Of a DNA stretch of 64,000 nt, positions 1-16,311 are shown one piece after another. Origin of the DNA: the human T2T-CHM13v2.0 reference genome, Homo sapiens. Within the stretch, counting starts at the first letter, position 1, and each line of letters opens with the position of its first letter. Below the pieces are notes generated by a model. It worked only from the letters and a program-made list of their open reading frames with translations, made no database searches and was not told the DNA's origin. Location: the NCBI RefSeq assembly GCF_009914755.1, contig NC_060936.1. One strand, given 5' to 3'. The position numbers and the translations under genes are program-made.

Positions 1-1490
1 CCTCTTTCTTGCTGAGGATTGAAAAGAACGCCCTTGCCAACTCAATAATGTAGACCAAGCAATACAGAGCTGTGTTGTCTATTTCAGTAACATGTGCCAT
101 ATTGCAATGTATCTGGTTTGCAATGGCAATGGTATAGCAGCTGGGTATGGGACTACAATAACGGTTCAATTTTTGTAAGTTCATAGTAGTAGTCCAGCAG
201 CCAGTTAATTTTTTTCTTTTTCTTTCTTTCAGGACCAGAAAAGCAAATTAAACTGGAATGTTATGGAGACCACTATCCCTGCCTCCTTTCCTTTTTTAAA
301 GGTGGCACTAATTTCTGTAATTCTTTCCAAGATGTGGCTTTCCTTCTGATATACCATCATGGCTGGAAGAGAAGACATGGGTGAGCTTAGAGGCTTCCAC
401 TTGGCCATTTTTACCATAATAGCTCTATTCAACAGGTCAAGAGAGAAATCTGAGGACTTTTCCAGTTTTTAATTATAACCATCCCAATTATGCACTCAGG
501 GGCCTAACCATCACTGGTAGGTTTATGTAGCCCATGTGAAGTAGACTTGGACTGGGACTCCATATATCTCCTGGCTTTCATAAGCTTCTGCTCTAACTTG
601 GGGACTATGCTGGCATTTCAGGCCCCCTGGCAGAATTATCAGCTAAGACTGTGTGTCTAATAGCCCTCAAAAATCTGGGTATTTCCGTTTTCCCTAGTGT
701 ATCTGGGAAAAGGCTGCAGGTCCCTTTGGGGAGGGAATGCAACCATGCTTATTGTATGTATTTGCAGTGGCATTGCAGGATTCCTTATCAAGGAGGTTAG
801 ACTTCCTTTTCAATCAGTAGGCTTTGGTTCTGAGAACTGGCCTAAGATCTGAAACAAAGGATTGTAATTACCCATTTGGTGACTGACATCAGCTTTTGCT
901 CACTAGCTTTCAATTTTTGTGTGGTCATATAAACCAAGCAGTAGTCTAATTGGTTGCCCTTCTGTATTGCTCTTATTAGCCATTGCCACAGATCCTAGTA
1001 GGTCAAGAAACCTTGACTGTCACTCTAGCTTTGGTCTGTATTACAGTAATTATGTTCCTCTTGACTCTTAAGATTAGACGCCACCATCTGGTCTCTGCTA
1101 TTCTTGAATCTTATCATCCCCGTTGATAATAGCACAATTCCATTGCAAAATCTCTTTCTCTCAAATGTGATATACAGATGTACTGAGGGACACTTATGGC
1201 TGACCTCAAAAGATGCTGGCGCCTCACCACCACTGTTATTACTTTCTGTACCGGTTATTACTTGGGCCTTCCTGGGGGACCTAGTCAGGTGGTAGGTTCT
1301 CTGATTCACATCACAAAGGATTTTAATATTTATACTTTTCTGGACTTGTTGACACCTTTCTCAATACTCTGTTGAGGCAATTCCAGCATCTCTATCTCAC
1401 GGGAGACTGACACTGTATCCAAGCCTCGAGGAGTCATCCCAACAGCATTTTAGGACTGACTCCAAGTGTTCTTATCAGGACATTAAGTTC
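1..1490 (-). mobile_element. ERVL-class internal sequence remnant (gag/pro-pol), decayed
   Basis: Minus strand reads IMVKMAKWKPL, similar to the HERV-L pro/pol junction; multiple stops. Confidence 0.65.
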
Positions 1491-1499
1491 CAAGTGAAT

Positions 1500-1917
1500 T
1501 AACATATGTTTTATTTCATATACTTATTTTTTGTGGCAAGAACACATAAAATCTACTCTTAGCAATTTTCAAGTACACCACATGTTGTTATAACCATAAT
1601 CATGTTCCACAATCACCATCTAACATCATTATATTCTGTGATAGATCTCTTAAACTTATTCCTCTTATGAAATGGAAATTTTATATCTTTTGACTGACAT
1701 CCTCCTTAATGATCCACCTACCCCTCACCATTCTACTCTCTGCCTCAATGAGTTTGATTTTTTTAGATTTCACATATAAGTGAGTTCATGTGGTATTTGT
1801 CTTTCTGGGTCTGGCTTATTTCATTTAACAAAATGTCATCCAGGTTCATCCATGTTATTGCAAATGACAGGATTCCCTTGTTCTGTTTTCAAGGCTGACT
1901 AGTATTCCATTATGTAG
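1500..1917 (-). mobile_element. L1M (L1MA/MB-type) 3' fragment interrupting the ERVL
   Basis: ttttagatttcacatataagtgag...tttcatttaacaaaatgtcatccaggttcatccatgtt pattern. Confidence 0.75.
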
Positions 1918-1919
1918 AG

Positions 1920-2250
1920 CTACTTCTAGTACCAACTGTTTAGCTTAGGTTTCTTCAAAGCGCTGAGCCTGAGACAAGGCTTGTGTGATGGTCATTATTT
2001 TGGAAAATGATTCTCCAAAGAAGAATGAGGGAAGAATGAAGCAGGAAAGGAGGGAAAGATAACTTAAGAGCACCTTACTGAGTGGATGGCACTGTGGAGA
2101 ACTGGAGATTAATCCTTGTTAGGGACCGTCTGGGAAGTCATGTGCAGCGCACTTAAGAATCATCTACTTGAAGGGGAAGAAGGGAATATTTACCGCTGAC
2201 TCCTACATGTTGCTGGCCGAGGATTGTCCCATGGGATATAACTCTCACAT
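1920..2250 (-). mobile_element. ERVL-class LTR (LTR16-like) with adjacent primer-binding site
   Basis: Minus strand tggtactagaagt (PBS-like) directly after an LTR end resembling the LTR16 family. Confidence 0.55.
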
Positions 2251-2787
2251 TTCCATTTTTGGAAAAAGCATTTGGTTCTTTTTTATCCTTTAGAGATGAT
2301 CAATGAGACTTTTTTTAAAGTATCATTATGAACTTATGGATTTTAACATATTTAAGTCTGTTGTACTCATTATTCTTATTGATAATGTCCCATTTTGGCT
2401 ATTGTGAGTGCCTTCAAATTGGTTCCTGTGACCTTTTAACATGAATCCAGCAGACTTTAGTAGCTTTCTTGTTTTCTAGTATGACAAAGTCTTCTAGGCT
2501 CATTCCTGCTCCAGACATGAAATCATCCATTTTCCCAAGGAGCCCTTCAGAGATCACGATCTGGCACTAGAGGACCTCGTTGCTGTTGGGTTGGTCAATG
2601 TATGAAGTCCTGTTCCCTGGACAGAGCTAGAAATATGTTTTTGTTTAATGAAAAAGAGAAATACCTCATGAATTAGTACTCATATTTCTAATTCAAATAA
2701 AATATTACAGTTTTTCTTTACCTACCTTCTTTGATTTTATATTTGCACTTCTTTACTCTTACTAATTAACATAATTACTTATTTGCT

Positions 2788-3147
2788 TGTTAAAAGAAAA
2801 ATTTTAGACATATTAAACAGTTCAATTGAGCAAAGAGCGATTCACAAATCAGGCAGCGTTCCCATCTCCTGGATCCAGAATAGATTTGGAGCAACTGTGG
2901 AGCTGTCACGTGGTTGGATAATATTTATGGACAGAAAAAGGAAAGTGGTGGACAGAAAACAGAAGTGAGGTACGGAAACAGCTGGATTGGTTACAGCTCA
3001 GTGTTTGAACATGGTTTCAACAGTTGGCGACCTGTGATAGGTTACAGTCTGTTTACATATCCAGTTAGGTTACAGTTCACTATATAAGGAGAAACCTTTA
3101 GGTCAAACTTAAAATACATAAGGAGGCAGCTTTAACTTAATTTAACA
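2788..3147. mobile_element. ERV1-class solo LTR (MER51/MER57-like) inside old L1M sequence
   Basis: tgttaaa...tttaaca inverted termini, ~360 bp; subfamily uncertain. Confidence 0.6.
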
Positions 3148-3644
3148 CAGTTTAACCTGTTCTATTTGTATATATAATTGTTTCAAACATCATTACAAAA
3201 TTACTTATTTGCTATACCCTATCATATACGTGTGTATAATAGTTTCATACTCACTATATCAATATTGTTATTAACAATATGATCCCTGAATACAATTTAA
3301 GATTTCTTTGCAATTCTACTTTTCCCTTAGAATATATCCCGCTAGGAGGGTACAGTAAAATTAATATGTTTTGAAGTTATTGAATTAATTGGATGTCACG
3401 TTCTCTATATGTTAATAGTTAAACCATCAACTTAGTATTTATTTTGTTTCCAATTTTTAGGAACGGATATTTTCCCACCTTGATTTAATTTTATTTTTTA
3501 ATTATGTAAACCATTTATGTGGTTTGTAAGTCAAAAGCTCTAAAACAAAGTATATTCAGAGAAGTTTAACTAACTTCTAACCCTATTCCCTCTAACTTGT
3601 TTTTTCCTTCCATTTTTCATTAGAGTTTAATTTATTCTTCCAGT

Positions 3645-3813
3645 TTTTTGTTTGTTTGTTTTTGTAGAGACAGGGTCTTGCTCTGTCACCCAGGATAGAG
3701 TGTAATGGCACAATCACAGCTCCCTGTAACCTTGAACCCCTGGGCTCAAGCAATCCTCCCACCTCGGCCTCCCAAAATGTTGGGATTACAGGCATGAGTC
3801 ACTGTACCTAGCC
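3645..3813 (-). mobile_element. Alu monomer (FAM/FRAM-like)
   Basis: Single arm; TSD ttattcttcca. Confidence 0.8.
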
Positions 3814-5774
3814 CGTTATTCTTCCATTAAAAAAAACTATATATATGTATAGATAGATATATTCGCATTCCTTCCTTTCTTAGGTAAAAGGTAGAATACT
3901 ATACACCTTAATCTGCTCCTTGCTTTTTTTCACTTAATCATGCTTCATGGAATTCACTTTGTAATGATGCTTAGAGATTGTATTCCTTTCTAGAGCTTCA
4001 CAATTCTTTTTGTGAATTTATTGAGATATAAATTGAAGATGGTGCAAGCAGATTTGGAAAGTAATGGAGTCCTTAACTAGAAGGATAGATTTATCACTCA
4101 TTGCAATGTGGAAGACTGCAAAAGGAACAAAATTTGGGGGAAATATCAGAAATTTAGTGGACATATTTTGCTTGAGATGTCTATTAGACATGCAAGAAGA
4201 ACTACAAATAGGCAGTTTTGGATACCCTAGTCTAGAATTCAAGGGTGAGGTCCAGGCTAGACATATAATTTGGAAGTTAATAGCCGGGGATTTGGTGAAG
4301 GAATGGAAGAGTAAACGCTCTAGGCTGGTCATTTCTCCCCTGATTTTATTAACTCCTAAATGTAGGAGATTTGGGTTGCCTGTTTTGAGCCCCTGGACTC
4401 CTGTTTCACTGATTTCCATGGTGAACAGGTAGGCAATCATTGTCTCCAAGCAGAGTAGGAAAGGGGCAGAGGAAAATGCAATCTTGTTCTCGCTAACTTT
4501 GTCCCCTGCCAGTATTCTCTTCTAGGCTACAGTCAACCCTTCTTCCCCCCAACCTTCAGGTGCAGAGCTTCCCTCTCCCAGGGTTTCTTACTGTTGATGT
4601 AATTAGTTCCTGGAATCTATGTTTCCTTCTGAGCTTCTCCTTGTTTGATTCTGGGGAAGAAAGCCAGTAACCGATGCCAGTTTTCCATCTTTGCAGGAAC
4701 TCAAAGTTCTATTAGATTTTAAAAATTAAACAAGGAGAAAGAATATTTTTTTAAGAGAAAAAAGATGGGGAAACTGATTTATCATCTCTTTCAAATGTCC
4801 TGTGAAACTATTCCAAGGAGGTTGATTCTGATTAGACTCAGACTGGGGAAAATAGGGATTCAGCAAAGCTGGGAACTGCATACTGGGGAAGAAAATAAAG
4901 AACTGACTACTTGCCAGGAAACAAAAAGTATTCCATGTGAAGACATGCTTTAACTCTAAAACCTTTCTGAAATTCTGCCTTGGGTAAACGTGTAGTATTT
5001 CCTCAAGAGCTACATTTCCCCAGCCTACGGTAAACAAGGGGAAAGATACCAAGTTCATCACAGATTATTTCTCTTCAATCTTGTATGATTCACTACAGTT
5101 ATGCAGAGAAAATGTTTTAATATTATAAAGTCAAGCATAAACACCTACAAAGTTAAATACGATGAACATTAAAATAAACAGGAGAGGTAGTTTATAAAAT
5201 TAAACTAGATGACATAATTGGAAGTTAATACAACTTAAATAGATCTTAGAAAAGTTTTCTGATGAAAATTAATATCTACATTTTTATATAGTTTCTCTTG
5301 ATTGACTATGTCCTTAGTATACTCTGTATTTTGTTTTCTATTTTTGTACTGGTGGCTTTTAAACAATTTTTTACAGGAAGTATGTTTATTATCTACCAAT
5401 ACAGATGAAAAAGGAGTCAAAAGTGAAAGTTCCCCTGTGATAGCAGAACCTTCCCTTCATGGGTGCAAGGCAGCATACCTCCCAGAGATAACGGCTCTTG
5501 ACAGTTTAGTATTTATCTTTCCAGACTTTAAAAACACAAATTAACATTTTTACATATACACACATATATTGAATGCATACATATTTCAGATATACGTAGA
5601 GAGATAATTACATCTCTATATATCTGAAACTTATGATTGGTATGTTTATATATTATTAGTACATTTAGATCTATGTCATTATTTGAAATAGCTGAAATTC
5701 ATTTTGCACATATATTAATAAATTATATTTTATTTCATTGAAAAATACACACAAAAAGAGAAAATTAAAAGAAA

Positions 5775-5950
5775 CCTGCCTGTGGTCCCAGCTACCCTGG
5801 AGGTAGAGGTGGGAGGCTTGGGCCTGGGAGGTGGAGGTTGCAGTGAGCCAAGATTGTACCACTGCACTCCAGCTTGGGTCACAGGGCAAGACCCTGTCTC
5901 AAAAATAAAATAAAATAAAATAATAAAATAAAAATAAAATAGAATAAAAT
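5775..5950 (+). mobile_element. Alu right-arm fragment with (AATAA)n tail
   Basis: Alu 3' sequence followed by an A-rich microsatellite. Confidence 0.8.
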
Positions 5951-6804
5951 GAACCATATATTTTTATCCCTTTTTAAATTAAAACATTATAAAAATAATC
6001 TGAAAAAGTAGTATCTGGTCATTGGTCCCAGTTGTATCTCTTCTTTTCTATGTTGCCAGTTTGTATTTTTTGCACATTCACTAAAAGAGAGAAGAAATCC
6101 ACAGATCTGTAAGGCTAAGGTGTAAAAAGGAATACATTCGTAACAGAAGCAAATAAACTCTTGAATGCCTGGTCTTTAAGACTGGGGAGTGGAGGAAAAT
6201 ATATTCAACAATTTATCTGACAAGAGAACAGAAACGGAGGATTAAAATTAAGGTTAAAAAGAGAATTTGAAAGCAATTATATGAGACAGGCAGAAAAACT
6301 TCATGCAAAAATCCTTTCTTTAAAATGTTTACTGTTATTTAAGGTTGGCCTTGTAATGAGGAAAATAGCTTCATTCTTAGAAATAAGAACATACTTCAGG
6401 TTTTTCAGGCCAACCAATGTAGAAAAACATGAAGTGAGTTCTGTGATGAGATAGGTTGAAGTAACCCCCAGTACATTCACTTCTCTAAAAATAGCCATTT
6501 CTTTCATGACAAAATACCTATAGAAAAATAATGAAAATTGCCATTCTTGGTCTTTAAGCCTCTACTAGTGGAAATGGAAATTTCCTCAGCTTTTAGAGTC
6601 CATATCTAAGGTCTTTAAAGACCTAAAGCCCATGCAGTGAGAGAGAAAACATTTGTGAGAGGCAGGAGGAATTAACTCCATAAAGAAATACCTCTCTAGG
6701 GAATGTAAGGCTTGATTGCAGAAGTAAATATTAGCCTCAAAGGAAAACCTTTTGCAGTAAAATGACAAAACTTCATGTACTTAACGCAAAGGGAAGGGGA
6801 ATTT

Positions 6805-7017
6805 CTTTTTTGTTTTGAGACAGAGTCTTGCTCAGTCTGGAGTCGCTCAGGGTGGAGTACAGGAGTGTGATCATAGCTCACTGCAGCCTCAACCTCCCAG
6901 CTCAAGCAATTCTCCCACCTCAGCCTCCTGAGTAGCTACGATCACAGACATGTGCCACCACGTCTGGCTAATTTTTTTCTTTTGTAGAGATGGGGTCTTG
7001 CCATGCTGTCCAGGCTG
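6805..7017 (-). mobile_element. AluJ-like partial
   Basis: Antisense Alu sequence. Confidence 0.8.
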
Positions 7018-10000
7018 TATTTTTGATAAAAAGAAGAAAATAACCTTAAGCAAAATTTCCTAAGAACCCTGCATCAATATTTCAGGCATTTTCAGGGTTG
7101 ATGTATGGAGCAGGGATTTGGCCTTGCTCCCTCTGGCTTCAGAAGACAGCATCAGTTCTCCTGGGAGGCAGTCACAGGTGTAGTCTCCAAGCCCTACAAC
7201 AGTGGCTATCTGCCGCGTGCCCTGAGCTCTGGGGAGCTGAGAATGTCCCAGCAGAGATAACATGACTGAGGATTAAAGAAGCAGTTGCTACTCGTTGGGG
7301 ATTAGATTTGCAGACCTCTGAGATCCGTTCCAACATTGAGATCAAATGTTATTAAAAGAAACAACCACACACACACAAATCTCCTTCAGCAGGGCTGAAA
7401 TGGGACCTGGGTAGGGGTGAGGTGGGGTGGCTATTTGGGGTGGGAAGATGGTAGGGATGGGGGAAGACCTGGGGAAGTGTTTCTAGCAGAGCCTCATCAA
7501 TAGAAACAGTTTGGTTTCAAATGCATAGCTAAATTCACCAGCATGTGGTTGGGGCAGGTTCCCCAAGGAGAGAAACAGGGAATACCAGGGGCATGCTTCA
7601 GTCAATTGGCATTGCAGCCACTGGAGGGGACTTAGATTTCAAGGAAGACACCCCATAGCGTGGCATTCTCTGAGGCATAATGCTCAGAATTAGGGCCCCT
7701 TTTGTGTGAGGGCTGTACTGCTTGCTCTTCACTCTGAAATTGTCATTCTGGATTTACTGAGAAGGCATGAAATTAAAGTTGGTAGGTGAACAATACCTCT
7801 GGCAAATACATTGTATTTAGGAGTAAAGAAGATTTTTGTTTCTTATTCCATCTTAAACTAAATGTTTACCAAATTTTCTCCTTCATTTCTTCACTTAAAT
7901 TAAAACTGAAGAACATGTAGTTTTTCAAGTACCAGAAACTGGGAGAGATGATAGATCACCAATGAGATGAATATTTTAAAACCTGAGTAATAATGTAATG
8001 GAAGACAGATTGAAAGTTAAATTGTTATTCTACTTGGAAAGAATTATGTACTAGGAAACTAAAGGGTAATACAATTCTTCAGTGTCTAATATTTTAGCCC
8101 CCGTTTCAAGGTGAAAGAGAAAAGATGTGTACAGATTTTCTCAATAAGAAAACTCAATTGTAAGTTTTTACGGCTGAGAAAAAAAATTCGTAGTCTTAAA
8201 GAAAAAGTTTGGGTCACATGAAAGTTCTTTATGAGAAACCTATTTGTCTTACAACCTCTATTAGTGAAGGAGGGAGTAGCTTTAGGTAAATAAAATCTCT
8301 GGAATAAGACAACAGAGTTTCATGATTTTCAGGCCAAGACGTAAAAAGAAATACAGAAATAAATATTTTTTTTCATTGAAATAAGTAACTTTATGCACAA
8401 TCTCCTGAATAAAAGAATAAAATCTGAGATTTTTGAGGCAGAGGGTGATGGAGGGTAGGATGAAAATAAAGTATTTGTGATGGTAATAAGAAAATAGCTT
8501 CACGTGAATCTCTCTAAGAATCCTACTTAAAAATCTTTAAGGTATTGACAAGGGAAAACAAAGACCCAAAAAAAACCAAACAAGTCTTTAACTCCAGGGT
8601 AAAAGAAAGAATGAAAATGAAATGTCTAATTTCATGGAAAGGTAACTCCAGGCAATATCATCTCTCTAAGAAATTCTCCTGGGTTTCATTTTTAGGCTCT
8701 TCCAAAATTAGGACAAGAGCCCTTTCTTACCTAGGCTGTACCTTGGTTCTTTTGATCTTGAGATAGAAATTTCAGACACGAAGGGACAGAGGCCATTAGA
8801 GAATTTCTTATCACCTTTATCCTCATCATACAGTACCAGGTATGACCCTCGTGGCTCCTGTCCTCTGCCTGAAGAGGACTTTTTGAAGTTTCCGGTGGTC
8901 TTTGGCCCACATGGGGTGTGTCTTTGTTCATCAGGACATGGATGAAAGACAGGTTGCCAACCCCTTGCAATTAAGTGTCTGCAGGCACGAGCTCGTGACT
9001 ATTTCAAGAAGGATTGCTTTTCACTTCAAATATATTACTTTGTTCAAAGCAGATCCTGTGGGCTTACAGAGATATCACATCTTATCCTCTACTTCATTTG
9101 GTTCACCGAAGGACAAGTGTATGCCTGTCCTCTTAGAAACAGGAAAAAATACAAAGCACAATTTCTCAGCAAAGAGGGACTCCTCATGGTGAAGTTGTTA
9201 AACAAAAAAAAAAAGGCGACGTTTTCCTCTTTGTGTTAGATGTGCAGCCTGGCTTTTGGGAAGAGGTTTATAAATCTTGCAGTGCCTTGTTTAAGAACAA
9301 TAATTAGTAATGGTCTGTTAATCCCATCTGCTTCCTAGAAGGAGAAAGAGTCACTACAGGGATGGATTAGGGCCTCTCTCCAATCCTACGTAGGGACATC
9401 TGCAAAGACTCTCATAATAGATGTTAAAAGCTTGACTAGAGAAGAAGAAAGTTGCCTTAGAGAGAATCTCTAAGGTAGAGCAAGAAGTAGATAAGATAAT
9501 ACTACTGGGAAAATCTACTATATAAGAGAACAAAACTTCACATCTACTAAGCAGAGATAAATAAAAGGAATACTTATGATTACTGAAGGTTCAGGGGACT
9601 CAGTAAATTAATACCCATCTTCTCTGCATAGCTCTGATTGATCTGGGAATAGACTGAAGAGATGGACAGATGGAGATAAAATATCAGCTTCACTATTGAA
9701 AGAAAGCTACGCTGAATGACATGGCTTAGATCTGTTGTAAAAGGGGCTTGCAAATTCTTTCTTTGAATTAGAGAGGTGTACCCAGGCTAGCACAGCAGGA
9801 CAACTGCAGGCCCTTAAACCACAGCAGAGTAGAACAAAGTGTGTGCTCTCTGTAGGCAGGCACGTTACTCTTTAGCCTTTTCTTCCTTGATCTCTCTGTG
9901 GCATTTAAAATAATTGACTATGCTTTTCCCAAAAACACTTTTTTTGCTTGGTTTCAGGGACAACAAACTCTCCTGGTTATCCTCTGACCGTACTGGCTAT

Positions 10001-10811
10001 GCCTGCTGCTTTCTCTGGCTGGTTCCTCCTCTTCTCCCTGAACTGTGAATGGTGAAATGCTGCAGCGTTCACGCTCCCCTCCCCTCCTGCATCACACATG
10101 CTTTCTGTGATCTTATTCCATTTCCCAACTTTAAATATGGGTTATGTGCATTAGCTACCAAATTTACTATCGAATCTACCAAATGACTACCAAATTTATA
10201 TCTCCACCTAGGACTTCTCCCTGAACTCCCAAGACTCATACATGCAACTGCCTGGTCAACATTTCCACTTGCATGTCCAGTTGGATGTTGAATTTGACAC
10301 ATCCAAAACCAACCCCTGATGTCTGCTTCCCATCCCACTCCTCTCTCAGTTTTCCCCTTCTCCAATCTTCTGGTTGCTAGGTCAAAAGACTCACTACGGT
10401 CCCTGACACCTTTTTCTCTCATGCCATACATTCAGTTCTTCAACAAATCCTGCCGGCTCTACCTTCAAATTAAGTTAAGAATCCTACCACTTCCCCCCAC
10501 CCTCAAAGAAACTACCCTAGTCTAAACCACCATCAGTTCTGGCTTGGGTCATTGTAATAGTCAAAAGTGATTCATCACTGCCAGTACCCCCACAGTCTGT
10601 TCTCAGAACAGCAAAGTGATCTCAAGGAACACTTTTAAAATCTAAGTCAAATAAACACTTCTGTGCCTCAAGGCTTTCAAAGTCTCTCTATTTAATCTAG
10701 ACTAAAAGCCAAAGTCTTTATTTTCCCTACCAAGTCTACAGAATCTGTTCCTACTCTGGCCATATCTGACCTCATCTAATCTCTAATCTCTCCCTAGAAC
10801 CATCCTTTCCT

Positions 10812-11136
<325 letters not shown>

Positions 11137-11544
11137 CTATCCTTTCTGGCAGCCTTTTTGCTGGTCTTCGAACAGGACAGGTATGCTTCTGCCTCCAAGT
11201 TCTTTTTATTCATGATGCCTCTATTAGATCTTTCTTCCAATATCATCCTCTTACTGAAGCCTTCCCTAACCATCCTATTTAAAATTGGACATCTGCCCAC
11301 CACTCCCTGCGACTTCCACATTGCATCTCCCCTTCTCTATTCTATTTTTCTGTAATACTTATCACCATCTGACACAGCATATATTTTACTTAACTATTTC
11401 TCTTCTCTGCTTGACCTCATAGTTCCCACAAACATACATGATGTGGACAAGGACTTTTGTCTGTTTTGTCTGGTCTGACATCCCCAGCATCTAGAATAGG
11501 GCCTTTCAGTAATGACTGCTCAAATATTTGTTGAATAAATAATT

Positions 11545-11849
11545 TTATTTTTTATATTATATTATTTTATTTTAGAGATGGAGTGTCAACTCACTCTGTT
11601 GCCCAGGCTGGAGTGCAGTGGTGCTTACTACAACCTCTGCCTCCCGGGTTTGACCGATTCTTCTGCTTCAGCCTCCTGAATAGCTGGGATTACAGGCGCG
11701 CCACCATGCCTGACTAATTTTTGTATTTTTAGTCGGGATGGGGTTTCACCACGTTGGCCAGGCTGGTCTCAAACTCCTGGCTCAAGTGATCTGCCTGCCT
11801 TGGCCTCCCAAAGTGCTGGGATTACAGGCATAAGCCACTGCATTCAGCC
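11545..11849 (-). mobile_element. Alu, full length
   Basis: Antisense dimeric Alu. Confidence 0.9.
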
Positions 11850-12586
11850 TGGATAAGTAATTTTAAAAATGAATCAGTGAATGAGTCTCAAGGGGAAGCA
11901 GCTATGCTAAGCATGACCTGCTTCCTTCCTTTGAACACTAGTCAGGAGACTCACAAGATACTCTAGTGAAAACCGTTCCACATGGGAATCTGAGGGTTGG
12001 GGAATAAGTATTCCCCTAAAAAATGATGAGGAAAAATTTATCACAAAATATCTTTTCAAATCAGACCAGTGTTGTTCTTTAAGATTGCGGAAGTGGAAAA
12101 AAGATTAGCTTCATGCAAAATCTCTCAGGAGAAGAATAAAACTAGGGTTTTAAAAATTGAGTCAGAGAAAGAAAGAAAATGATTTGTGTTAGGAAATACC
12201 TTTCAGAAAAATCTAAACAATCCTCCTTTGGTCATTAAGGCTGGGGTAAGAGACCAAAAATTAATCATTTGATTAAAGAATAAAATTCCCAGATCTTGAA
12301 GACTAAAATATAAAAGGAGAATATTTATGGTAAGAAAGAAGAAATAGAAGTGAGTGAGATTTTATGAACTGGACAAGTAAAAGGTAGCTTTTCATACAGA
12401 GGTCCTTGAAAAGTTCCAGAGCCTTTAGTTCCTTAAAGATAAACTCTTGGAAGGAATAAAACATAAAAGAAGAAATAAAACTATTTGCGGTGGCAAAGGT
12501 AACAGTAGATTTATTTGTCTCACAACTCTCTCTAGTTTGTGGTTACATGCACATTTTTAGCTCTGCCATTGTGATTATTCCTCTCA

Positions 12587-12799
<213 letters not shown>

Positions 12800-12957
12800 T
12801 CATCCTAGAGAGAAATTAAGCCTCACATCAAACCCCAGGTTGACAAACCATGCTTGCTTCCAAACCCAGAAAGCTGCCAGAAGTTAAAGATGATCAGGTT
12901 TTATTAGATTATCTTGGAGGCAAGATTATAATGAAAAATACTTAAGAAGTATTTTTT

Positions 12958-13292
<335 letters not shown>

Positions 13293-13371
13293 TTAAACAA
13301 TGTGCTTCAAATAAAGAAAGCTGAAAGTGTTAACTCTGTAGGAGTGAGACTATGGATAGTATTTAGCATGA

Positions 13372-13994
<623 letters not shown>

Positions 13995-14569
13995 TGATAA
14001 TTTACTTTTATATAGTATATCTCAACTGATGGCTGTTTACCTTCCCTTCATGATAGCTCAATTTAGAGGGAGTTTATTTCCATATATTATGTATTGGGCT
14101 GTCACCTAACGCAATGGTTCTAGATAGCCCTGGCATCTCTCAGGGGAGAAGAGAGCCAGGGAACCTCAGTGTCTATATGATTTGGTTCAGTCCCCAGGTG
14201 AAAGCTGATGGAGGCTGCAGGAAGACAAGCTGTTGGGGTGGCAGGAATGTGTCAGGGTGGGTATGGGTGACTGTCTCATTTGCAGTCAGGCTCGCAGGAG
14301 TAGAAACAGGAGTTCTGTTAGTCTTAATAGTTTGTGTAATAAGAGAAAAATAAACAGTACCCATATTTTCTTTCTTGCCAGAACAGGAAAGCAGGTGAAA
14401 AGTGAGAATTTGTGCACACGTTGTGTCTGGGAGACAAAGCATGAGTAACTGAATCCACCACCAGGACCTTTTGCTTGTAACTATCTGGTCTTCCTCTCTC
14501 CATTCTTGTTCTCCTCCAGTTTATTCCCTGCATAGCAGCCAGTTGGATCACATCAACTTTGCTAATTAA

Positions 14570-14996
<427 letters not shown>

Positions 14997-15403
14997 TGAC
15001 TCGACCTTTACACGTCCTGTTCTTCAGCCTTTACGTGAACAACTTCTACCCATTCTTCAGGTGTCAGCTTAAGTATCAGTTTCTCAGTGAGTTATTCATT
15101 TCCTCACTCCCCAAACTAATCTATGATGTCTCCGTGATTCTTTCTCACAGTACTAGGTTCTTTTCCTTCATTGTGCTTGCCACACTTTGTAATGATATAT
15201 TTATTTATTGCTTGCTTAATGTCTGTCTCTCCCCTAGATTGCAAGGCCTTTGAAGGAGCTTACAGGATTTGTTTACTCTTTTATATCCAGCTGCTTGAAA
15301 GCATTGGCTAGGAATGGCCTCATGAGAAGGCTGTAGTCAGTGGACTCCAGGAGCAGTAACTTGATACTAAGTGTCAACTTTTCCTATTTTGTGTTACCAT
15401 TCC

Positions 15404-15707
<304 letters not shown>

Positions 15708-16001
15708 TTATAATTCTTTACAGATGTGCAGAGATGAAATGGGCAGAGGTAATTACCAGAAATGCTGAGTCCACCTAACAGGAGGGATGGGGAGAAGTGA
15801 CAGCCATGAGGCATATGTGGAGCATGTGCACACTGCTGAGATTCACATGCAGAGGGACGGCGTTTCCCCAAGTCATGCAGCCTGGGTGCTTGGACTATGA
15901 CATTGGTATGGAGAAGAGTGGTGAAAGAACATGAGAATATTTGCATTATCCAAAGCAGGGAATATGAGCGTAGGAAAAAAGTTTTATTAATTATAAAGTC
16001 C

Positions 16002-16311
16002 AGCTGGGCAAGGTGGCTAACACTTGTAATCCTAGCACTTTGGGAGGCCAAGGCGGGCAGATCACTTGAGCTCACAAGTTCAAGACCACCATGGGCAACA
16101 TGGCAAAACCCCCATCTCTACAAAAAACACAAAAATTAGCCGGGTGTGGTGGTGCATACCTATAGTCCCAGCACTCAGGAGGCTGAAGTGGGAAGGATTG
16201 CTAGAGCCTGGGAAGCAGAGGTTGCAGTGAGCTGAGATTGTGCCACCACACTCCAGCCTGGGCAATAGAGCCAGACCTTGTCTCAAAATAAATAAATAAA
16301 TAAAATAAATA
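16002..16311 (+). mobile_element. AluJ-like
   Basis: Sense dimeric Alu with a (TAAA)n tail. Confidence 0.88.
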